DNA from: Zygnema circumcarinatum SAG 698-1b
Lineage: Eukaryota > Plantae > Zygnematophyceae
Reading direction: 5' to 3'
Assembly: GCA_037447605.1 (NCBI GenBank)
Contig: CM074811.1
Coordinates: 2,976,001-3,040,000 of the forward strand
Length of the DNA: 64,000 bases
A model generated the notes under the pieces. It was not told the DNA's origin, did not search any database, and saw only the letters and a list, made by a program, of their open reading frames with translations. Within the stretch, counting starts at the first letter, position 1, and every line of letters begins with the position of its first letter. A program made the translations under genes and the position numbers. Positions 23,194-37,332 of the stretch are shown in pieces.

Positions 23194-24341
23194 TAGTGGG
23201 AAGATGTGGAAAGTAGTGGGGCCATTGAAACAAAACGTATGTATTCTGCTGAAATACAATGGTTGTGATATATTTAAGAGTTTATTTAGGGTCACTGTTA
23301 TAGTGTAGTGTAAAGAAAGGGGTATAGGAGGCAGTGGGGTCCTGGCACATGTTCTATATGGATGCTGCGATATAGTATATGGTTCATGGCTGGAATTTTT
23401 TCGTAAAGGAGAGAATGAATGTGATGATGCTGCCATGTCCCGCTATAATGCAGTGAATGTTATCTATCATGCTGTGCACGACGTGATATCTTCATGTAAG
23501 GTTGAATCTATCATGCTGTGTGTGGTGCAGAACATGCGCAAGTGATAGAAGTCAAATATCAGTCAGTCATTATGTGTCGACAGACCCAGTCTGCACTTAG
23601 TCGGTCTAGTTTGACTCAATGGAGAAACTCTCCACGCTCATTCAAACATCACCACCAACTGCGCTCTCCTTCCTGCCTTGCGTGCATGCGAAATGGACTT
23701 TTATTGACCAGTCTCCTCCCACAGGGAGGCAGAATTGTGCAGTTGACAAGGGGGGGGAGGAGGAGGGGGAGGGGGGGAGGAGGAGGGGGAGGGGGGGAAG
23801 GGGAGGGGGAGAAGGGAGTGGGAGGGGGGGAAGGGGAGGGGGAGAGAGGGAGAGTGAGAGGAGGGGGAAGGGGGGAGAGAGAATCCCTATTGGCTGACAA
23901 CCGCATCAATTATATTAAAGCAAAGTTTATGGGGGATCTGCCTCTAAAACAAGCAAACGTCCAAAACGGATTGTATTTTTGCATCCCAACAAGGTAACAC
24001 CCCTCCTCCCCACAACTGGACACCAGAATAAAGCTTATTGTTATTTACACCCTCTCTCCCTCTCCCTCTGCCTCACCGTCCTATACCTCCCTCGTTCCAT
24101 GTCAAAAATTCCAAGACTCGAATCCCAGGAAGGTCCTCACTTGTCCTATGCAGTTTTCACAACACGGACACTGTACATCCTTGCCACCATTCCATTTTTT
24201 TATTTTTTTTCATTTTTTTTGTTGCTTCCCTTCCCTTCATTCCCTGCCTATTCCATTCCGTTCCATTCTGTTCCATTGCTGCTCCCTTTCGTTCCGCTAT
24301 CTTCCGTTCAGTCCCACTTCTTTCCTTTTCCGTTACTCCCC

Positions 24342-25934
24342 TCACATTAGGAATGTGAAGTAGACGAAAGCGGCGAGCAGGAAGGAGAAGGCTTCCGCCA
24401 TGAAGGCGAAGAAGGCCATGGCGGTCGCTGCCTCCGTCTGAGAGCAGAAGCTACCGCACCCGTCGCAGTAGTCGCCGCGGAACACAGTAGTGCTCACTCC
24501 GGCGGCGGCGGAGAAAGCGGAGAGGGAGAGCACGAGGATGATCTGCAAGGGGAAGAAGGGCAGAAAAATAGAGAGATAAAAAGAAGGGGGGGAAAGGAGG
24601 GGGAGGGGGGGGGAGGAGAGAAGGAAAGAGGGGGGAGGATTAGGAAGGAAGGGGATGAAGGTTTGATTATCTGGCACATATTTATGCAGGTTTAAGGTTT
24701 TTTAATTTTAGGCTTTGGTGTTTCTCTCATTTTTTTGCACAGACGGTGTGATGCTAATAGACTTGGATGGAGCAATTAAACTGGCAATAGTTTGCTATTT
24801 CGTTTTGGGGGGCCGGAGGGAGGGAGGGAGGGAGGTGGGGAGGAGGGGCGTAGCTAATGCAGAGAAGTAAGTTGCACTTTAACAAATAAGCGGTCGTGTC
24901 ATGTAAATAGACTTAGTTTTCTCGTCTTATTTCAGGTCACCCGAGCTTCTTTCAATGCTTGATGTTTTTTTTTTCGAATTTGAAAAAAAAAAACAACTTT
25001 TCAGACATCATTATTGTCCTTTTCTCTCCTTAAAGGGCGCAGTTTTCACTTTGAGAAAGCGAAAAATGGAGAGAGAGAGGGAGACAAAGGAAGGTTCAGA
25101 GGAAGAGGGAGGAGAGAAGGAAGAGAGGGGAAGGGAGGCGAGAGAGGGCGGGAGTAAGAGATAAATGGTAGCAGGAGACGGAGAGAGAGTTGACAGAGGC
25201 GCAGTAAAACACTAGAAGTGTATGCGTAGAGAGAGAGAGAGAGAGAGCGAGCGAGAGAGAGAGAGCGAGAGAGAGAGAGAGAGAGAGGGAGAGAGCGAGA
25301 TAGAGGGAGAGAGCGAGAGGGAGCGAGAACGAAAGGAGGTAAAACGTATATAGGTGCAATACTTACATTCCTTTTTCTTCAGGGTTAAAATCCTCTATCT
25401 TTGCTGACCGGGGCCAGGACATAAAATGGACACAATCACAAACTTACAAAATCTCCTGCAAAGCGGGTCATGCTGAAGATTCGCCCGCCCGCCAGCGAGC
25501 CCTCCCTCCGCAGCATCACCTGCTCTGCAACCAACATCCCCAGAGACCACGCAAGCTGCAGGGCCATGGCCGCCACCAAATACCTGCGAGAAAACACCCC
25601 ACAAAAAAAAAAAATTACACCCCCAAAAAAATAGAAGAAAACCCAAAAAGGGGGACCCAAAAATCGAGGAAACAAGCCCCTCCGCCAAAAGACCCAAGTG
25701 TTATTTATTTTTGAAACCTTACTCGAACGCGCGGAAATACGAAAAATCTAAGCCGCAGTCGGAGGCAGTCGCCATGACGATGAGGGCCACGAAGGAGAGC
25801 ACCACTTGGGCCGCGCGGAGGGAGGCGGCGACGACGCGGGTCGAGGGCTCAGAGAGGCGCCCGGGCAGCACGGAGACCTTGGAGGTGCGGGGGGCGGGAG
25901 AGGGCTCCGGCATGGGGACAGCTGTCTCCGCCAT
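24342..25934 (-). CDS. CASP-like (DUF588/MARVEL-type, CASPL5-like) four-TM protein, paralog 1
   Basis: Exons 25934-25723, 25583-25448 and 24542-24342: ...ASLRAAQVVLSFVALIVMATASDCGLDFSYFRAFEYLVAAMALQLAWS...GDFIILVLSLSAFSAAAGV...CDGCGSFCSQTEAATAMAFFAF. Confidence 0.9.
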
Positions 25935-26204
25935 GGCGGGGTCGGTGCAGGCAGGAGAGAGGAAGGGAGAGAGGGAGAGGGAGAGGGAGAGGGAGAGGGA
26001 GAGGGAGAGGGAGAAGGAGAGGGGGGAGAAGAGGGAGGGGGGGGGAGAGGGAGAAAGGAAGAGAGGGCGAGAGAGGGCGAGGGAGAGGGGTGGAGGGAGA
26101 GAGGGGGAGGGAGGGAGAGGGCAACTGTCAGAAAGAATCAACCTGCGACAACGGACTACTTCCAGTTGAACGTAGGGCTGGCAAAAGTCCGTACAAGGGA
26201 GTTC

Positions 26205-26480
26205 TAGAGTTTTAGATTTCAGAATTGAACGTTCTAATATCTAAAATTTCAGAGTTTTGGTTCACTTTTAAAACGGCCGTACGCCCATTGATATCGAACG
26301 GCACGTAAAGTCGTACGATCAGCGAATTGGCGCTGGTCCGTCAAAGAACTTTGCCGTACGACCATACGGCAAACTTCTTCTTCTTCGTTCTAAAAGCGTT
26401 TATAAAATGGCCTAAAACACGACACTGCGTTGAAAATATCCATACCAAACCATACGGACACCTTCCGTACGAATACGGTA
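26205..26480. repeat. GTAC-rich dispersed repeat, reverse-complement relative of about 57590-57890
   Basis: TTTCAGAATTGAACGTTCTAATATCTAAAATTTCAGAGTTT matches in reverse complement AAACTCTGAAACTTTTAGATATTAGAACATTCAAATTCTGAAA at ~57832. Similarity continues through TTTTATAAAA and the GTACG boxes. Confidence 0.7.
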
Positions 26481-27950
26481 ATCTGAGCCGTACGACAACC
26501 CGTACGGATGTTCCGCCGTGGCGTCTGCTGGTGACACGTGTGCAAGGAAGATGTCGGACGCCGACATTTGCGCGGTAGCCAATGCGAGCACGACACGGCG
26601 GGACTGCGCTTGACCGTGAGGACACGTGTGGTAAGAACTTGCTGACACGTAGCGTGGTACTGCGTTGCCTCATCATCAGGGCCATGATGGCTTGAGCTCA
26701 CCATAGAACCACACGGATCCTACGTGGCGTCTACGTGGCAGTCAGTTCACGTTCATGAGCTTGAGTTCATACAACTGGGGGTTGACTTCCTCAACTCTTG
26801 GAGAAAAACCAATGAACGACAGGCGCGTGGCAGATAAGATTGTGGCAGTCCACGTCAAAAGAAATCCAATAGGGATCCCCGCTGCGACACGTGTCAACAC
26901 CATTGGATATTTGAAGGGGGTTTCTAAAACGAGTACATGCGGAGGCACTTAATGAAATCCGATTCAAACTTGAGAGTACTCTTTCCAAAGTGGCGAAACA
27001 TCAGAATTGCGGTGATCGCCACAATAGGCAAATTTCTCGAGTTCTGAATTGTGAATCCCAGAGAAACGGAAAATGAAGACAAAATCTTTTTTCCGGTTAA
27101 TTTCTCTTCTCTGATGGGTTTCTCCCTTTCTTCAAATGTCAGAGCTTTTCCGCATCCTTGGCATAATTCAGCTCTCTTTCCGTAAGTTCGTTTCAGGAAC
27201 AGTTACCGAAAGTTATCACCATCTCGAATTGTTCCCCCCCCTACCATCCCATCCGCACAAAAGCTCCACACCCAGCGACCACCACCAGTCTCCGTAAATT
27301 TCAACGCTTAACAAAATTTGGTTTCCCGAATCCGTTACAATCAACACTCTCCGTTCACCGCCGCCTCCCGCACCCAGCCATCCCCAAAATTATAATCGAT
27401 CAAAATTTCCAAAATACAAACACCATTTTCACGGTGCTCCCCCACACCAATAACTACCCCCCCCTCTCTCCCCCCTCTCGCTCCCCACCTCTCTCTCCCC
27501 CACCTCTCTACCCTTTCTCCCCCCCCTCCCTCTCTCCCCTCCTCTCTTCCTTCCCCCCCCCTCTCTCCACACCCTCTCTTCCTCTCTCACCCCCCACCCC
27601 CTCTCTCCCCCCCNNNNNNNNNNCGGAGGGAGGGATGGGGGGGAGGGAGGGAGGGAGGGAGGGAGGGGAGGGAGGGAGGGAGAGGTGGGGGGGAGGGAGG
27701 GAGGGAGAGAGGACGGAGAAGAGGAAGGCACAGCCAAGAGGACAGGAGGCAAAGAGGCACGGATAGAGGCAGGGAGGGAGGCAGAGATGGACATGGAAAG
27801 AAAGGGAGAGATGGATGTGGGGGGAGGGAGAGAGAGGGCAAGAGAGGGAGGGCGGGAGTGAGAGTCAGTAAATGAACGAGAATGAGAAAGTTGCTGTGCG
27901 GTGATTGGCCCGCACTCATCATAGAAAGGCGAGCAAGATAGAACGAGTAC

Positions 27951-31482
<3,532 letters not shown>

Positions 31483-32089
31483 GGCGGACCGGGGAGGGAG
31501 AGGGAGGGAGGGAGAGGGGGAGGAGGGGGAAGGAGGGAAGGAGAGGGAGGGAGGGCGAGGGAGGGGGGGAGAGTGGATGGGAGGTGTGCGGGAAACTCCC
31601 GAGGCTGGGGAGGGAAGCAGGCTGCAAGCAATGGCGGCGGAGGGTCAGAGTTTCGGAGGGGGCTCGTTAGGCAGCGGCCGAGCATCGCCCAATGAGGATG
31701 TGCCACGTGTAAAGTCTGTACACGTGGCGAACGATTGTTGGTGGATGTTCTTTATCTCAAAATGTTCCTGGTCTCAGTCGGTACCGGACAACTTTGCGCT
31801 ACATGTGTAACTGGACGGGTTCTGCGTTGAAGGATGGAACAATTACATCTCATGGAACTAAGCAGCATCTGTGCGGTTCTGGCTTGCCGGTCAACGTTGC
31901 CGTTGACTTTCTTCAATAGTCACCAAATTCTCAACTGAGCCTACAGCTGAAGCAACAACCCATTGCCAAGTATTGGAACCAATGGTCGACCGTTGTCAAT
32001 GGTTGGTCCCAGGGTTGGTTTGTTGCGATACAGACAACCATGACAATTCAAGGGTTGGTTGGCTCGTTCCAATCTCAAAACATGTTTTT

Positions 32090-32497
32090 AGCGGGTTACG
32101 TGGGCACGTGCCATTCGCTGGTACTGAGCCCGGTTGTGATCTGCCGTGGTGCGATCTGCGAGGAAATCGGCGGCTGAGATTAACACACGTGTAAAGGACG
32201 GACACCAGTGAACGATCTCTTGGCGGACGGATCTTCCGCTCCGAGCGGATTCGGGCAGGCTGATATTTTTTTTCTTTCAAAAAAAAAAAAAAGATCAGGG
32301 GGACGAGATATTCAAAATGGGGTGACGGGGTGTCATTTTCCTTGTTTTACAAAAATAAAATCTGCCGACGGAAAAAGGTGGGTATCGATTCCAAAAGGAG
32401 TGAAAAAAGCATTTTCCGTTTTAAAGCCGTTTTAAAATCTGCCCGGCCGGGATGGAATGTTTTGATTTAGAAAAGGCGTGGAGATAACACGCCCCTT
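32090..32497. mobile_element. Degenerate partial copy (right half) of the Harbinger-like element, abutting the intact copy
   Basis: Strong direct similarity to about 33050-33454 (GAACGATCTCTTGGCGGACGGATCTTCCGCTCCGAGCGGATTCGGGCAGG...AAATCTGCCCGGCCGGGA), with a decayed terminus CACGCCCC. Confidence 0.65.
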
Positions 32498-32502
32498 CTT
32501 TA

Positions 32503-33454
32503 GGGTAGTGATATTTCCACCCCTTTTTTGGATCCAAACACCCCTTCCCGGCCGGGCAGATTTCAAAAAGGATTTAAAACGGAAAATGCTTTTTTCACTC
32601 CTTTTGGAATCGATACCCACCTTTTTCCGTCGGCAGATTTTATTTTTGTAAAACAAGGAAAATGATAACCCATCACCCCATTTGAATATCCCGCCTACCT
32701 GAATTTTTTTTCACGCGTGCGGTCAATCGCAGCCGTCGATTCTTTCGCGGATCGCAACACGGCAGATCACTATTTGATCGGCAGCCGGGCTCGGTCACAG
32801 CGCATGGCAAGTGCCCACGTATCCCGCCAAAGTCGTCTCAAAAGTTTTTCCGTACAAATATCGTACGGTCGCAACTTGAGGAACCCAAAATTTTGTACAT
32901 TGAGATCTTGAACCAATCATAATTTTCCACGTCAAAGAAGTAACAAGTGGTAGATGTTGATTGGCTGAGAGCTAACAATCAGAAACGAGATCTCAGGCCG
33001 AGGGAGTCGCGCACTCGCTCGTGCGATTTGGCTTTTGACGGGACTCGTGGGCGCTTTCCATTCGCTAAGATCGAGCCCGGCTGCAGATCGAACGGTGATT
33101 TTTAGCGGTGCGATCTGCGAGGGAATCGACAGCTGCGATTGACATACACGTGTGAAGGACGGACACCCGCGAACGATCTCTTGGCGGACGGATCTTCCGC
33201 TCCGAGCGGATTCGGGCAGGCAGATATTTCTTTTCCTCAAAAAAAAATTCAGGGAGGCGGGATACAGTATTCAAAATGCGGTGACGGAGTATCATTTGCC
33301 TTGGTTAGCAAAAATAAAATCAGCCGACGGAAGAAGGTGGGTATCGATTCCAAAAAGGTGTGAAAAAGCATTTTCCGTTTTTAATCCCTTTTGAAATCTG
33401 CCCGGCCGGGAAGGGGTGTTTGGATCCAAAAAAGGGGTGGAAATATCACTACCC
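32503..33454. mobile_element. Non-autonomous PIF/Harbinger-type element (952 bp) with ~200-bp TIRs and a TTA target-site duplication
   Basis: TTA-GGGTAGTGATATTTCCACCCCTTTTTTGGATCC ... GGATCCAAAAAAGGGGTGGAAATATCACTACCC-TTA. The first ~65 nt of the TIRs are identical, and imperfect inverted similarity extends to ~290 nt. No ORF. Confidence 0.85.
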
Positions 33455-33817
33455 TTAAAATAAAGACATTTCCAGCGCCTTGAAACTGCCCGAGCCGCTC
33501 GTGTTGTGCGCAAAAGTCAACCGCGTGTTGACTTTATCGAGCGCCGGCTCTAGTCATTGTCGCCCCCCGTGCGACAATGACCGTGCGTCTGACTGACTGC
33601 AAGAGTGCAAAGGGGGAGGCCAAAGCGAAAGGGGCAGAGGGCGGAGTGGGTGGCGACACGGCGCAGGCCCACACCCACCCCTCAATCGCTCTCTGTCTCC
33701 ACTCATCCCCTTCTCCATCTCTCTCTCTCTCTCTCTCTCACTCTCTCTCTCTCTCTCTCACCCTCTCTCTCGCCCCTCCCTCTCCGTCCTCCCATTCCTC
33801 CCTGTACGGACTCGGCA

Positions 33818-35964
33818 ATGGCAGAACCACACCCTCCTCCCGCCCCCCCTCCCCCTGCTCCCATGCCACCGCTTCTGCCTGACCGCTTCACTCCCTCCCA
33901 AAGGCGCATCGCTGCAGCCTTCTTCCGCATAGCCCAGTTAATCTGCGCCTTTCTTTCCATCGTGATTATGGGCACCGCCTCTGACTGCGTTGCTTTCAGC
34001 CATTTCAAAGCTTTCAGGTAAAATTTTAAGCCTTTAAGAACTGGGATTCTTACTTTGGGGCCCAATTACGTAAATTGGGCCGTTCTCACTTCATTCGATC
34101 GGCCCTGTTCATGCTCTTTTTTGGAGATGTTTCCTCGCAGATATCTGGTGGCAGCTATGGTCTTCCAAATGGTGTGGTCAGGGGTGCTGCTCGCAGTGGA
34201 GCAGACCCTTGCGACCAGGAGGGCCTCCATCTCAGGCGGGAAGGGATTCAGCTTGGGCCGCTATATGGGAGATTTCGTGAGTTTTTTTCCAGCCACATTC
34301 CAAACATCAAGCGTGTTTTCTCTCTTTCTCTCTCTCTTCTCTCTCTCTCTCGCGTTCTCTCTCAAGAAATTTCTGAAATTCCTCTTCCTCTCTGTTCTCC
34401 CCCCAAACGTACTCTTTTACTCCAGTCTTCATTCACACTGTATCTGTGTTACCACGTTATCTTCCTCCCCTTTCCCCGACTTGTTACTTATGCTGTTCTG
34501 TACTCTCCCCTCCCGCCCCTCCCTCTCCTTTTGTCAATCGTCTCCAATAACATAAGGACGCCTTTTAAGTGTTGACAATTTGAGCCTGGTCCCTCCCACT
34601 ACTCTCACTCTCTGACATGCTTGCAATGTCTGAATCAATACAACCCTCAAGTGCACACACTGAAAAGCAAATGATCCAATCAAGCAAACACCGAAAGAGA
34701 ATAAGTAAGGAGAAAGCTCCTCGGCCTCAAAACTCCTTAATAAAGAAATGAAGAGAAACAAGCATTTATGTCAAGCCCTCAGGCTTCCACCTATGCTCTG
34801 ACTAACTCCCCTACTTCCTGCTGCCCATACAGCCAGGCAACTACACTCGGCAACACGAGCCAAGCTACAGCTGAATTAAGTTGAAATCTCAGGTTAATTA
34901 ACTCCTAATCAACACCTACTTAAATACTAAGCGCTGCACTACTCCACGTTCTACTGCACGCCGCCGCGCGCCACCGCGCTCCACCGCACAGCGCACCTCC
35001 ATGTCGCTGGTGATGCTCCACGTCTCCAGGAGCTCGCCTCGCACCGCGCTGGAACTCACCCTCAGGGTCGCCATGGCCAGGAGGGAGAAGGTCCGTACAG
35101 TTTCCTCCTTCCAAAGGCGCACCGACCTTCTCGAAGCTTCGCATCCACGCGCGCGCTTCTCCAGCGCCTAAGTGTTGGTCGTCCGTACACCCATGCATCT
35201 CGTACGCTCCGGACATTCTGTACGGTCGTCCACTAAAGCAATAAGCAATACAAAGCTGATCGCGCAGCCTATCGCTGCGCGCCACGTGTCCAAACTATAC
35301 TTATAAATTCTAAGTAGACTCCTGTGGTGGCGCGGCCTATCGCCGCCCTCCACGTGTCTTACTCAGACTTCCCGTGTTCCCACCAAGAACAGCGCCCTAG
35401 CGCCCTGTTCAGACTGTGACCAAATCTCCTAAGGACCGCCGACAAAAGGCTAAGGACCGTACAGCGTACAATTCTAGGCTATACCCTTATTGTACCCAAC
35501 ATTAAGGAGGCAAAAGGGCACTTATGACGAGAACTTGATGGCTCTTAAAACTGAAACATTGGCGAACGCACTTGCTAACGAAGCGTGACCTGACCGCATA
35601 AAAGCCACGCATTGGGTTCTTCCATTCTGTACCTCCAACCTCCCACCTTTTGTACTATATTCTAAACCTTTGCATTAGCTCTTGCGACCCTAATCCTTCC
35701 CTCACTCTCCTTCCCTCTCCTATTTCCTTGTCGTCTTTTTGCCGTTCTTTCCTCGCCTGTCTTTCTAAGCAGATCATTCTTGTTCTCTCACTATCAGCTG
35801 CCAATGCCTCTCTTGGAGTGGCGACCTATATCAGCTGCACCAACAGCTGCCGAAACTTCTGTGTCCAAGCGGAGGCTGCGTCCGCCATGGCCTTTCTCGC
35901 CTTCGCGGCGGAGGCGCCCTCCTTTCTGTTCTCCGCCTTCATCTACTTTGTCTACCTATTGTGA
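33818..35964 (+). CDS. CASP-like four-TM protein, paralog 2
   Basis: Exons 33818-34017, 34141-34276 and 35773-35964: AAFFRIAQLICAFLSIVIMGTASDCVAFSHFKAFRYLVAAMVFQMVWS...GDFIILVLSLSAANASLGV...CTNSCRNFCVQAEAASAMAFLAF. Same intron phases and 136-nt middle exon as paralog 1. Confidence 0.92.
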
Positions 35965-37332
35965 AGGGATCATCGTGATTTGTGGATATAGGAATGTCAC
36001 GATCTGACTCAGAATGGGGTCTTGAATTGTTTATGCTTGCGGGAGGGGAATAAGAGAAAGGGGGAATGACAAGAGAGAGGGAGGGGGAGAGACAGAGGGC
36101 AAGAAAGAGAAGGCGAGAGAGAGAGAAAGGTTCATCTTGATTAAGAGTTTAGGAAGATATCGCTTGGCTGCATGCAAGCAGCTTGAGACGAGGTGGCGGG
36201 CTTGGAATTCCAAGCCAGGAATTTTTTTTGGAAATAAAATTATCTAATGGCAACAGTACGAAGTTAATCGGAAAAATACGATGACTCTGTATTTCGGTCT
36301 CAAGAGATACGGCAAGACCTTTCTCCTCCCCTGTGTCTCTCCCGCTCCACACGTGTCTCTTACCCTTTCGTCGCTCTATTTGCATGTCGTCTAGTCACCC
36401 GACCTTCCTTCCGTCCTCTTTTTTTTCAAAGCGTGGCTCATCCTCTCATTTGATGTCTGGGATGCCTTTCTTGGATGCTCGTACTCTTCCTCTTTTTCTT
36501 TATCCGCCGAAAAGTCCGTCATGCCCTCATGTGCATTCCTAGGACGAATTTGTTTAAAACATTTGATGGCTTCGTCAACGAATCGTCAACGAGCGGTCAG
36601 TGCCAATCACCTTTGGAAATAACTACTGCACTCCCACGCTTGATCGTCGAACGCTCTCATTGAGGGGCGTGGTTCCATGTACACGCTGGCAGCCATAGAC
36701 CGCTATCCTTCAGTACAGTGCGCTTCCATAATGTCTGGAGGTGGTAATTTGAGCAGAGATCAGCTCCCAGCAGTCAAGGCTGGAAATTAACTGTAACTGT
36801 AACTGTGAGCAGGCCCTGTGTCATATGCGAGTAGCGTAATCTCATTGAGCATGCGAGCTTACTGCTCTGCGTAACATTGTTTTTTTTTTTTGGGTCTTGA
36901 AAGTTGGCATGGTTTGCATGCACAAAGACAAAGTCCCACCCATACCTCACTGTAACGGAACGGGACAAAACGATAACGGTAACGGGACTCCGTTCGCACG
37001 TGTCCCTCTGTTCCATGCACCTCCTCAAGTCGAGTAGTTTCGGGCAGTCTTGCCAGGAAAGATTCTGCCGCTGCCCGGAGCCAAAATCTGACCAAAAAAT
37101 CTTGAAATATCTCTGTTCGAATTTTCTGGGTTTCGTCCGGACAAATAAAAATACACTTTTGTCCTTTTCGAAAACTTTCGCAATTCCCTTTTTTTTTTTC
37201 CCGAAGCACCTCTTTACCACCTCACATTTGCCAGCTGGATTGGTCAAAGATCCGTTCATTGTGCCATCAAGCTAGCCAATGAGTACTCACCACGTGCCTT
37301 TGACGCCCGTGCCGAGCTGCGACGTCCTCATA

